Shown here: positions 9,601-20,149 of the stretch, in pieces | Position numbering within the stretch: position 1 is the stretch's first letter | How the letters are laid out: every line of letters starts with the position of its first letter | Source of the DNA: an uncultured delta proteobacterium | GTDB taxonomy: Bacteria > Myxococcota > UBA727 > VGSZ01 | Length of the DNA stretch: 64,000 nucleotides | NCBI GenBank assembly: GCA_963775425.1 | Contig: CAVZJB010000011.1 | Location: 448,001 to 512,000, forward strand | Reading direction: 5' to 3' | The notes under the pieces: generated by a model | The model's input: the letters and a program-made list of their open reading frames with translations, nothing else | Told to the model about the DNA's origin: nothing | Database searches by the model: none | Made by a program: the position numbers and the translations under genes

Positions 9601-10470
9601 ATGTTGGCGACGACCCTGACCCTGACCGCGCTCCTCGCTGCGAAGACCGTGGCCGTCGTCGACCTGTCGTCGCCGAAGTCGCCGGCGGTGGCCGAGGCTT
9701 TCCGCAAGATCCCGCCGCTCAAGTCCGTGGCCATGCCCACCGGTCGCACCAACGCCGCCGTCAACGACGCCGAGAGCCTCGGGCTCATCTGTAGCGTCGA
9801 CGACGGGCCGTGCCTCGAGAAGCTCATGGTGCTCATCCGCGTCGACGAGATCGTGGCGTTTTCGGCGGCGGCCTCGACGGTGGCGGTGGTGCACGTGATG
9901 GGGCAGGGCAAGGCCCGCCGCGCCCGCGTCAAGGCCAGGTTCTCCCCGGCGGCGACGGCGAAGGCCGCCTGGGCCGCCCTCTCCGCCCCCGAGGCGCCCG
10001 ACGCGCACGGCGACAAGGGGCCCGGTGACGACGGCCACAAGGGGGGGACCGGCGACGGGCCCGGCGACAAGGGGATCGGCGACAACGGGCCCGGCGACAA
10101 CGGGCCCGGCGACACGGGCGGCGACAAGGGGATCGGCGACAAGGGGATCGGCGACAAGGGGATCGGCGACAAGGGGATCGGCGACAAGGGCGGCGACAAG
10201 GGGCCCGGCGACACCGGCGGCGAAGGGGGCGTGTCCCCCGCGCTCGCCGTCGCCATCGGGGGCGGCGCGCTCGGCGTCGCGTGCGGCGCGGCGACCATCG
10301 GGCTCTACGCGGACCTCGCGCGGCAGGCGAACGCGGCCAACGAGGGCACGGCGCCGCTGCCCGAGAGCTTCGAGACCACCGCAGGAATCACGTGGGCGCT
10401 CGCCGGGTGCACGGCGGTGTCCGGCACCGCGGCGATCATCGGCGCGGTGCTGGCGGCGACGGCGCCGTAG
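9601..10470 (+). CDS. Hypothetical exported/membrane protein with GD(K/N)G(I/P) pentapeptide repeats
   Basis: Signal-like N-terminus, repeats GDKGI/GDNGP/GDKGP, two C-terminal hydrophobic helices. Confidence 0.7.
   Translation: MLATTLTLTALLAAKTVAVVDLSSPKSPAVAEAFRKIPPLKSVAMPTGRTNAAVNDAESLGLICSVDDGPCLEKLMVLIRVDEIVAFSAAASTVAVVHVMGQGKARRARVKARFSPAATAKAAWAALSAPEAPDAHGDKGPGDDGHKGGTGDGPGDKGIGDNGPGDNGPGDTGGDKGIGDKGIGDKGIGDKGIGDKGGDKGPGDTGGEGGVSPALAVAIGGGALGVACGAATIGLYADLARQANAANEGTAPLPESFETTAGITWALAGCTAVSGTAAIIGAVLAATAP
10009..10215 (+). repeat. 15-nt tandem repeat ggcgacaaggggatc and variants
   Basis: Several exact copies at about 10120-10190 with degenerate copies on both sides. Confidence 0.9.
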
Positions 10471-10475
10471 GCCCT

Positions 10476-11051
10476 TCAGGCCTCGTCGGGCTCGCTCGCC
10501 TCTTCTTCTTCTTCGGCGGGCGCCTCGGCCTCGGCCTCGGCGTCGGCGTCGGCGGCGGCCTCGGGCTCCTCCTCGGCGGCTGCGGGCTCGGGCTCGACCT
10601 CCGCGGCGACGATGACCTTCACCTGCGCGGCGACGTCGGCCTCGAGGCGCACGTCGACGGTGTGCACGCCGAGGGTCTTGATGGGCTCCGCGAGCTTGAT
10701 GTCGCGGTGGTGGATGTTGTGGCCGATGGCGTTGAGCGCCTTGGAGATGTCGCGGCTGGTGATGGAGCCGAAGAGCTTGTTCTGCTCGCCGATCTTGGCG
10801 GTGATGGTCACCTGCACCTGCGCCATGTCTTTCGCCTTCTTCTCGCTCTCGCTGCGGAGCAGGCGGCGCTTGTGCTCGATGACCTTCTTCTGGTGCTCGA
10901 AGAAGGTGACGCGCTTGGGCGAAGCGGGGAGAGCGAGGCCCTGGGGGACGAGGTAGTTGCGCGCGTATCCGGGGCGCACGTTGACGAGCTCACCGACGCG
11001 GCCGAGGTTGGGCACGTCGCGGGCGAGGATCACGGGAACATTCTGGGCCAT
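10476..11051 (-). CDS. rplI: 50S ribosomal protein L9 with acidic C-terminal tail
   Basis: DVPNLGRVGELVNVRPGYARNYLVPQGLA; KLFGSIT; PIKTLG. Confidence 0.97.
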   Translation of the reverse strand: MAQNVPVILARDVPNLGRVGELVNVRPGYARNYLVPQGLALPASPKRVTFFEHQKKVIEHKRRLLRSESEKKAKDMAQVQVTITAKIGEQNKLFGSITSRDISKALNAIGHNIHHRDIKLAEPIKTLGVHTVDVRLEADVAAQVKVIVAAEVEPEPAAAEEEPEAAADADAEAEAEAPAEEEEEASEPDEA

Positions 11052-11138
11052 GTGTCTCTCCTGTGCCGCGCGCTCCGAAACGGAGAGCCGCGGCGAATGA
11101 CGCTGCGTACGCAGCGCCGGAATGATGAACGGGCGCGA

Positions 11139-11657
11139 CTACTCGCGGTCGCGGAAGTCGTCGTGGCTGTCGTCGTCGCCGCCGCCGCCGCGGTGGCCGC
11201 CGCCGCCGAACTCGCGGTCGTAGCGGTCGTAGCCGTAGCGGTCCTCGTTGTCGTCGTCGAAGCCGCGGCGCTCGCGCTTCTCTTCGCGCTCCTTGACGAC
11301 GGGGGGCTGCAGCACGTCTTCCTCGGCCTCCTTGGAGGCGGGGTCCACGCTCGGATCGATGAGCACCGTCTGGCGCAACATGATCGTCTCCTCGATGGCG
11401 AGGGTGCGCTCGTACTCGGCGACGATGCCGGGCTTTCCGAGGTAGCGGTGGTGGACGAACATGCCCTTCTGCTGCTTCTGGCGCTCCCAGGCGAGCTTGC
11501 GGCGGCCCCAGTTCGTGATCTTGAGGTGCTTGCCGCCTTCGCGCTCGACGATGCCCTTCATCTTGGTGATGAAGGCGATGGCGGCGGTGTCTTCGACATC
11601 GGGCTTGATGACGTAGATGGTTTCGTATTCACGCAGGTGGGCGGCGGAAAGGGACAC
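11139..11657 (-). CDS. rpsF: 30S ribosomal protein S6 with extended charged C-terminus
   Basis: REYETIYVIKPD; WGRRKLAW; GTG start preceded by GAGG. Confidence 0.93.
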   Translation of the reverse strand: MSLSAAHLREYETIYVIKPDVEDTAAIAFITKMKGIVEREGGKHLKITNWGRRKLAWERQKQQKGMFVHHRYLGKPGIVAEYERTLAIEETIMLRQTVLIDPSVDPASKEAEEDVLQPPVVKEREEKRERRGFDDDNEDRYGYDRYDREFGGGGHRGGGGDDDSHDDFRDRE

Positions 11658-11883
11658 GACGAACCTCGAAAATGAGATCGAGGCACATAGCACCCCGCGC
11701 GGCCCTGGCAAGGCGCTTCTGCCGTCCCGGGGCCGTCCCGGGGCGGGGGGGCCGGTTCGAGGGGCCGTCGGTCATGCGCCCGTCGCCGCTTCACCGGATG
11801 CGAGAAAGCAGCTCCCATCGGCCAGCGGGTCGAAACGCAGATGAGCGGATCACACCGACACAGACATACGTGGAGGTGCTCCG

Positions 11884-12825
11884 ATGACGGCGATCGAGGT
11901 CGACACGTGCAAGCCCAGGCCCGCCGCCTTGACGGCGTCGGCGGCGAAGCAAGCGGAAGCGAAGGCCCCGCCCTCGTCCGACGCGGCCGCGCGGGCCAGC
12001 GAGGCCGCCCACGCCCTGTGGGCCTCGCACGCGCCGGCGGCGTCGCGCTCGGCGCCGCCGCTTCCGCGCGCCGCCGCGCGGCCGTCGTCGTCGAAGCTCG
12101 ACACGCTCCTGGCGGCGCACCCGGAGATCAAGACCAACCAGGACCTCATCAACCACTGCTACCGAGACGGCGGCGGGACCTGGGACGGGGCCTCGAAGGT
12201 CGCCAGGCGAAGCGGCGTCACGCTCAACGAGCTCGTGAAGGATCGCCACGGCGACGTCGCGACGACGGCGTCGCGGCACCGGACGACGCAGCCGGAGCGG
12301 CCGCCGGCCTCCGGGCCGGCGCGCACGGAGGCGCCGTCGGCGCCGTCGGCACCGTCGGCACCGTCGGCACCGGAGCACGCGGGCACTGCGCGCGAGGTCC
12401 GGCCGTACCGGCCCGTCGACGTGCAGAAGCTCCAGGACGCGTTGCCGCCGCAGGCGAAGGCCCTGGCGCAGACGTTCGCCGACGCGGGCAAGAAGTACGG
12501 GGTCGATCCGGTCGTGCTCGCGGCCATCGCGAAGCACGAGACGGGCAACTTCACGTCGAGCGCGTTTCGCAACAAGCACAACGCCATGGGCGTGTCCGGC
12601 AGCGGCGGACCCAAGCGCTTCGCGGACGCCGCAAAGAGCATCGACCAGATGGCGCGGCTCCTCGGCTCGACGACGTCGGGCCCCTACCGGGGCTGCCGCA
12701 CCGTCGCCGACGTCGGCCGCGTCTACGCCCCCGTCGGCGCGGGCAACGACCCGCACCGCCTCAACGGCGGCTGGCCCGCCGGCGTCGCCCGCTACGCCGA
12801 CGAGCTCGCCGCCCGGGTGCGCTGA
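11884..12825 (+). CDS. Peptidoglycan hydrolase with C-terminal glucosaminidase/lysozyme-like domain
   Basis: AGKKYGVDPVVLAAIAKHETG, NNAMG-like HNAMG, YAPVGA; GGAGG RBS; no signal peptide. Confidence 0.75.
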   Translation: MTAIEVDTCKPRPAALTASAAKQAEAKAPPSSDAAARASEAAHALWASHAPAASRSAPPLPRAAARPSSSKLDTLLAAHPEIKTNQDLINHCYRDGGGTWDGASKVARRSGVTLNELVKDRHGDVATTASRHRTTQPERPPASGPARTEAPSAPSAPSAPSAPEHAGTAREVRPYRPVDVQKLQDALPPQAKALAQTFADAGKKYGVDPVVLAAIAKHETGNFTSSAFRNKHNAMGVSGSGGPKRFADAAKSIDQMARLLGSTTSGPYRGCRTVADVGRVYAPVGAGNDPHRLNGGWPAGVARYADELAARVR

Positions 12826-12918
12826 CGAGCGGCGTCGCGAGCGCCGGCCGGCCCCCCCGCACCCGTTGTGACGCGGCGCATCGTGAGCCGGGGCGCGGGG
12901 CATGTAAAAGGAGCGCGG

Positions 12919-13707
12919 ATGCTCGTCGTCGTCGCTGCCGTGCTCGCCGTCGCCGCTCAGGCGCCGCAGCCCGCGTACCGGGTCGGCAGCGCCACCAACC
13001 GCGTGGCCATCCTTCCCGTGCGCTGCGAGCGCGACCTCGACCCGTCCTTGTGCGCCGCCCTCGGCGAGTCCGTCGCCGTCGAGGTCGCGCACGATCCGCG
13101 CCTCGACGTCGTCAGCCCGCGCGACATCGACGTCCTCCTCGGCGCGCAGACCGTCGCCGATCTGTCGAGCTGCGAGCGCGACGACTGCTTCGCGCGCCAG
13201 GACTTCACGCGCATCGACGCCTCGTACCTGCTCGCGCTCGCCGTCGGCCGCATCGGCGACGAAGCGCGGCTCGTGATCCGCGTCGTCGACCTCAAGCGCG
13301 GCGCCGTCATCGATCGCGATCAAGGCTCGGCGCCCGCCCACGACGAGCGCGCCATCGAGCGCGCGTCCCGCGCCCTCGTCATGGGCGTCCTCGTGCGACG
13401 CGGCCTCGCCCAGCCGCCGGTGACCACGCGCGAGGAGCAGGGGCTCGGCGGCGTGTTCTGGGCGGGCCTCGGCTCCACCGTCCTCGGGGCGGCCGCGCTC
13501 GGCGGCGGCGGCTTCCTCGGCGTGCAGGCCTTCACCCAGACGCGCCAGATCACCGATGACGTCGACGCCGGCGCCCTCGGCCGCGCCGGCTTCGACCAGC
13601 AGGCGAGCGCCGCGCGCCAGAGCGCCCTCGGCTCCGACCTCCTCGTCGCCACCGGCGGCGCCCTCGTCGTCGCGGGCGGCGTCATGATGATCGCGGGGGC
13701 CCTGTGA
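12919..13707 (+). CDS. Hypothetical exported protein (TolB-N/CsgG-like alpha/beta domain plus C-terminal hydrophobic helices)
   Basis: AAGGAG RBS, signal peptide, RVAILPV, LVIRVVDL, two C-terminal Gly-rich hydrophobic segments. Confidence 0.65.
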   Translation: MLVVVAAVLAVAAQAPQPAYRVGSATNRVAILPVRCERDLDPSLCAALGESVAVEVAHDPRLDVVSPRDIDVLLGAQTVADLSSCERDDCFARQDFTRIDASYLLALAVGRIGDEARLVIRVVDLKRGAVIDRDQGSAPAHDERAIERASRALVMGVLVRRGLAQPPVTTREEQGLGGVFWAGLGSTVLGAAALGGGGFLGVQAFTQTRQITDDVDAGALGRAGFDQQASAARQSALGSDLLVATGGALVVAGGVMMIAGAL

Positions 13708-14948
13708 CGCCCGCCCGCGGCACGCTCGCGGCCGCCGTCGTCGCCGTGGGCGGGGCCTTCCTCGGCGGCGGGTGCTCGCTGTGGGTCGACGGCGAGCTCA
13801 CCGCCGCGTCGTCGAAGATCGGCGACGGTGGCGAGGGCGAAGGCGAGGGTGAAGGCGGGGGCGAGGGGGAAGGCGAGGGAGAGGGCGACACGGATCCCGC
13901 GTGCGAGGACCGCGAGCGCCTCGTCGTCGTCACCAAGGATCCCGAGGATCCGCTGCACGTCTACAGGCTCGTCGCCGGCGGCATCGTGCCGCTCGCGCCC
14001 ACGGGGTTCGTGCCGCCCGACGGCGCGCTCGTCGACGAAAACGGCGACAGCGCCGCCAACATCGAGGGCGCCGCCTTCGAGAAGGACGCCGCGGGCACGC
14101 TGTTCTTCCTCGTCGACAGCAGCCGCTTCTACGCGGTGGACCCGTCGACGCTCCTGCAGCTCGAGGTGCGTACGCCCGAGAAGGCCGTGCGCGCCACCGG
14201 CTTCAGCTCCATCAACGGCGTCACCGCCACCCCGCGCTTCGTCATCGCCGCCGGGCTGTCGGGGCTGGCCGGGCTCGACCGCCAGGGCGCCGTCGCCTCC
14301 GGCACCGTCGACCTCGGCTCCGGCGGGTTTCACAGCGCCGTCACCTTCAAGAACGCCGGCGTCACCTTCGTCGCCGCCAACAGCGAGTCCGGCTACCAGG
14401 TGCTCGCCACCGCCGACGAAAACGGACAGCCCGCGGCCGCCGCCGGCGCCGACGACGACACCCGCTTCGGGAGCTTCGGAGGCTCGCAGGCGCGCCGCGG
14501 CCTCGCGTACGACGCCGTGACCGGCTCGTTGTTGCTCGGCGACGACGACAGCGTCATCGTGCCCAAGGCGCCCGGCTTCGCGCTGCCGCCGGCCACGTCG
14601 GACTACGCGCTGCCGAGCGGCTCGTTCGTCAGCGCGCTCGGCGCGCGCGGCGGCAAGGGCTACGTCGCCACGGAGAGCGGGGACGTGTTCGAGATCGATC
14701 TCGCGCAGGATCCGCCGCAGACGGTGGAGGTGTCGTCGTGGGACACCCTGACGACGGCGGGCATCCCGCAGCAGGTGCTCGTGGGCTGCAAGCGCGTGGT
14801 GCTCGTGGTCGGCGGCTTCGGCGGCCCCACCATCTTCCAGTACGCCCGAGACACGCTCGAGCCGTTCGGCGGCGGGCCCGAGGTGCACGACATCATCGAC
14901 GCCCTCCTCGTCGACAAGGCCGACCTCGCCCTCGCCGGCGATCTCTGA
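13704..14948 (+). CDS. Lipoprotein with (GE)n linker and probable beta-propeller domain
   Basis: LGGG-C lipobox; GEGEGEGEGGGEGEGEGEG; beta-strand-rich repeats; GTGA overlap with the upstream gene. Confidence 0.7.
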   Translation: MTPARGTLAAAVVAVGGAFLGGGCSLWVDGELTAASSKIGDGGEGEGEGEGGGEGEGEGEGDTDPACEDRERLVVVTKDPEDPLHVYRLVAGGIVPLAPTGFVPPDGALVDENGDSAANIEGAAFEKDAAGTLFFLVDSSRFYAVDPSTLLQLEVRTPEKAVRATGFSSINGVTATPRFVIAAGLSGLAGLDRQGAVASGTVDLGSGGFHSAVTFKNAGVTFVAANSESGYQVLATADENGQPAAAAGADDDTRFGSFGGSQARRGLAYDAVTGSLLLGDDDSVIVPKAPGFALPPATSDYALPSGSFVSALGARGGKGYVATESGDVFEIDLAQDPPQTVEVSSWDTLTTAGIPQQVLVGCKRVVLVVGGFGGPTIFQYARDTLEPFGGGPEVHDIIDALLVDKADLALAGDL

Positions 14949-14972
14949 GGGCGAGCGGCGGCGTTCAGCCGA

Positions 14973-15530
14973 TCAATTGATCTCGGTGTCGTCGATGCCC
15001 TGGGCGCGCAAGGCGTCGAGCACCTGGGTCTCGCCGGTGCGCTCGTAGCGGTCGACGAGGCCGAGCACGCGCTTGTCGTCGACGGGCTCGCCGAGGCTCA
15101 TGGCGGTGAGGAGCTCGACGAGCTCGCGGAAGCGGTCGGACAGCTCGGCGAACAACGCCGACGACGACGCCGCCGTCGGCCGCATCAGGCCGGCCACGGA
15201 GGCGTAGGCGCTGCCGCCCATGGACACGTAGTACTCGACGCTGTTCACCGCTTCGCTGAAGAAGCCGGTGAGGTAGAGCGACTGATCCCCCATGTGCTTG
15301 TAGATGCGGACGGCCTCGCCGGCCTCCGCGTCCTGCGCGCGCGAGAAGAGATCGGCGAGCACCGGCCGCTCGCCCGGATCGGTGCCCGCGTAGACGTTCT
15401 CGCTCCGGATGAACTCGACGAGCAGGTTCACCAGATAGACCTGCGCCGTTTCACTCACGCGGACGGACGTCTTTTTCATCGCGCTCGTCAGCGCGTCCCG
15501 AAAATACTCACGGCTCGAAGCGACCAGCAT
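14973..15530 (-). CDS. Conserved hypothetical alpha-helical protein
   Basis: Protein-like composition; [34 protein letters not shown]. Confidence 0.75.
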   Translation of the reverse strand: MLVASSREYFRDALTSAMKKTSVRVSETAQVYLVNLLVEFIRSENVYAGTDPGERPVLADLFSRAQDAEAGEAVRIYKHMGDQSLYLTGFFSEAVNSVEYYVSMGGSAYASVAGLMRPTAASSSALFAELSDRFRELVELLTAMSLGEPVDDKRVLGLVDRYERTGETQVLDALRAQGIDDTEIN

Positions 15531-15593
15531 CCGTTCGGCTCCTTCTCATGCCGATTCTATCAAGCGTGCGGAACCCTGCGAAATCGTGACCCC

Positions 15594-15621
15594 TTGACGG
15601 CTCGCTGCCGGGGGATACGTT
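15594..15621 (+). promoter_or_regulatory. Putative sigma70-type promoter of groESL
   Basis: TTGACG-N16-TACGTT immediately upstream of the CIRCE. Confidence 0.5.
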
Positions 15622-15624
15622 CCG

Positions 15625-15651
15625 CTGGCACTCGGACCGGTCGAGTGCCAA
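15625..15651 (+). promoter_or_regulatory. CIRCE element (HrcA operator)
   Basis: CTGGCACTC-N9-GAGTGCCAA versus consensus TTAGCACTC-N9-GAGTGCTAA, just before the groES RBS. Confidence 0.93.
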
Positions 15652-15663
15652 CAGGAGTTTTGC

Positions 15664-17620
<1,957 letters not shown>

Positions 17621-17639
17621 CGCCCGCGCTGCGATGAAC

Positions 17640-17674
17640 GAAAGGGCCGTCCTTCGGGGCGGCCCTTTCCTTTT
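17640..17674 (+). terminator. Rho-independent terminator after groEL
   Basis: gaaagggccgtcc-ttcg-gggcggccctttc hairpin followed by ctttt. Confidence 0.88.
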
Positions 17675-17747
17675 GGGGCGCGCGCGGACATGCTGGTAAA
17701 ACCGTTGGCACCCCGGACGGGGGTCCCAGGGGAGACGAGGGCAAGCG

Positions 17748-18485
17748 ATGGCGGCGACGAAGAGCTCTGAACGGCGGGACGGGCCGCGCATCGATCTCCG
17801 TCTGCGGGTTCGCTTCGAGGGCGGCGACGCCAAGGGCGAGGCCGAAGCGAGCGACGTCTCTCCCAAGGGCCTCCGGCTCGAGAGCGACAAGCCCGTCGCC
17901 AAGGGCACCCAGCTCAAGCTCCACGTCGACGCCGGCGAGGTCGAGGAGCTGCAGGCCATCGGCGAGGTCACCTGGTGCCGCGAGCGCCCCTCGCCCACCG
18001 GCAAGACCATGTACGACGTCGGCGTCGCCTTCGAGAGCGACTGGCTCGCGCGCGACCGCGGCCCCCTCGGCTCGGCGCTCGCCCGCATCTTCGCCATGAA
18101 CTCCTACGAGCCGGCGCGGAGCTTCGAGCGCACCCCGGTGTCGTTGAAGGCCACCTCGGCCGCGCCGTCTCTCGAGCTCGAGGTCGGCAACGTCTCCATC
18201 GGCGGGATGCAGATCCGCAGCAAGGGCCCGCTCGGCGAGAACCTCAAGGCCGGCACCGGCGTCGTCGTCGACATCGACGCCGAGGGCGGCACCCGCTCCA
18301 TGCGCGGCAAGGTCGCGTGGGTCGCCGGCCAGCGTGCCGGCGAGCTCCCGCCCGCGAGCCCGCGCATGTCGGACTCCTTCGGCGTGGAGTTCCCGGACAT
18401 CAGCCCCGAGGACCGCGCCCTGCTCGAGCGCATCCGCACCGGGCAGACGGACCCCGACAAGATCACGGTCGCCCTCGATATGTAG
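17748..18485 (+). CDS. Tandem PilZ-domain protein (c-di-GMP receptor candidate)
   Basis: RDGPR...DVSPKG and RSFER...NVSIGG (RxxxR plus D/NxSxxG twice); GEVTW/GKVAW; GVAF/GVEF. Confidence 0.85.
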   Translation: MAATKSSERRDGPRIDLRLRVRFEGGDAKGEAEASDVSPKGLRLESDKPVAKGTQLKLHVDAGEVEELQAIGEVTWCRERPSPTGKTMYDVGVAFESDWLARDRGPLGSALARIFAMNSYEPARSFERTPVSLKATSAAPSLELEVGNVSIGGMQIRSKGPLGENLKAGTGVVVDIDAEGGTRSMRGKVAWVAGQRAGELPPASPRMSDSFGVEFPDISPEDRALLERIRTGQTDPDKITVALDM

Positions 18486-18501
18486 CGCCGGTCGCGCCGG
18501 A

Positions 18502-18948
18502 TCAGGCGGGGACGGCGGCGCGTTCGTCGGCGCCCACTTCGGCGGAGCCGTCGACGGTGATGGTGCCGTCGTCGGCGATGGTGACCTTGAAGTGCTGCAG
18601 CGGGTTCGGCGCCGGGCCGTTCAGCACGCTGCCGTCGGGGTTGTAGGCCGAGCCGTGGCAACCGCAGTGGATGGTGCCGTCGGCGTCGACGGTGCCGTCG
18701 GGGCCGCTGGTGTCGCAGCCGAGGTGGGTGCAGATGGCGGTCATCGCGTAGACGCCGCCGGCGTCGCGGCCGACGAGGACGCTGGCCTCGGGGACCTGCT
18801 TGACGTCGCCTTCCGCGAGGTCCGAGACGTTGCCGGCTTCGATGGGACCCGACGGCGGACCCCCACACGCGAGCGGCAGCCCGCCGACCGTCAGGCACCC
18901 CGCCCCCGCTCCCATCACCTTCAAAAACACGCGCCGCGTCGTCGTCAT
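18502..18948 (-). CDS. Tat-exported Rieske [2Fe-2S] (lipo)protein
   Basis: TRRVFLK twin-arginine motif, LPLA-C, CTHLGC and CGCHGSAY motifs. Confidence 0.92.
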   Translation of the reverse strand: MTTTRRVFLKVMGAGAGCLTVGGLPLACGGPPSGPIEAGNVSDLAEGDVKQVPEASVLVGRDAGGVYAMTAICTHLGCDTSGPDGTVDADGTIHCGCHGSAYNPDGSVLNGPAPNPLQHFKVTIADDGTITVDGSAEVGADERAAVPA

Positions 18949-19095
18949 CGTGAGGCTCTCCACGTCAGGAAGGAGGCAGCATAGTGCAACCCCGGCGCCG
19001 AGGCGAAAACGGCACCATCGGTCACGATACGGCGACGACGACTCCGGCGCGGGTACGGGCTTGTGTCGGGGCCCACGAAAGACAAGAACGCGGGG

Positions 19096-20091
19096 ATGGA
19101 GAACCTTCGCGCGCGCATCATCGGGACCGGCGGCTGGTGCCCGCCTCGCGTGGTCACCAACGCGGACATGGCCAAGATCGTCGATACGAGCGACGAGTGG
19201 ATCCGCACCCGCACCGGCATCGTCGAGCGCCACCTGATCGAGAAGGAGGGCGACCTCGCCTCGACGGAGATGGCCGAGCCGGCGTGTCGGGCCGCGCTCG
19301 AGAGGGCCGGCGTCTCGCCGCTCGACATCGACATGATCGTCGTCGGCACCGTCACGCCCGACCTCCGCCTCCCCTCCGCCGCGTGCCTGCTCCAGGCAAA
19401 GCTCGGCTGCAAGAACGCCAGCGCCTTCGACGTCGTCGCCGCCTGCGCCGGCTCGCTGTACGCGCTCACCGTCGTCGACAAGTTCATCCGCACGGGGACC
19501 GTCAAGCGCGCCCTCGTCGTCGGCGTCGAGACCATGACGTCGATCACCAACTGGAGCGACCGCAACACCTGCGTCCTCTTCGGCGACGCCGCCGGTGCCA
19601 TGGTCGTCGAGGCGGCCCCCGCCGACGGCCCCGGCGTCCTCGACACCGCCATCTACTCCGACGGCACGGCGTGGGAGCACCTCTACATCCCCGCCGGCGG
19701 CAGCAAGACGCGCATGACGCAGGAGCTGCTCGACGGGCAGGCCGATCGCATCAAGATGAACGGGCGCGAGGTCTACAAGATCGCCGTGCGCGCGCTCGTG
19801 GACGCCGCCGAGAAGATCCTGAAGAAGAACGGGCTGACGTCGTCGGACGTGAAGCTCGTCGTGGCGCACCAGGCGAACATCCGCATCATCGAGGCCGTGG
19901 CCGAGCGCGTTCACATCCCCATGGAGCGCTTCGTCATCAACATCGATCACTACGGGAACACGTCGTCGGCGTCGGCCCTGGTCACCTTCGATGAGGCCGT
20001 CCGCGACGGCCGGATGAAGCCCGGCGACCTCGTGCTCATGCTCGCCATCGGCGCCGGCATGGCGTGGAGCGCCATCCTCTACCGCGCCTGA
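19096..20091 (+). CDS. fabH: 3-oxoacyl-ACP synthase III
   Basis: DTSDEWIRTRTGI, AACAG, LFGDAAGA, HQANIRI, YGNTSSAS. Confidence 0.96.
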   Translation: MENLRARIIGTGGWCPPRVVTNADMAKIVDTSDEWIRTRTGIVERHLIEKEGDLASTEMAEPACRAALERAGVSPLDIDMIVVGTVTPDLRLPSAACLLQAKLGCKNASAFDVVAACAGSLYALTVVDKFIRTGTVKRALVVGVETMTSITNWSDRNTCVLFGDAAGAMVVEAAPADGPGVLDTAIYSDGTAWEHLYIPAGGSKTRMTQELLDGQADRIKMNGREVYKIAVRALVDAAEKILKKNGLTSSDVKLVVAHQANIRIIEAVAERVHIPMERFVINIDHYGNTSSASALVTFDEAVRDGRMKPGDLVLMLAIGAGMAWSAILYRA

Positions 20092-20149
20092 GCGACCCGC
20101 CGCGGGCCGCGTTCGAGCGGGCGTGCGACAGGGTTGGTAGGCTCTCCGC

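Noticed and set aside
10009-10215. Tandem repeats as a possible CRISPR array
   Set aside because: In-frame 15-nt coding repeats without unique spacers, and no cas genes.
9468-10298. N-terminal extension of the kinase ORF with PLSPI repeats
   Set aside because: Antisense read-through of the 9601..10470 gene; the kinase domain begins right after Met 9467.
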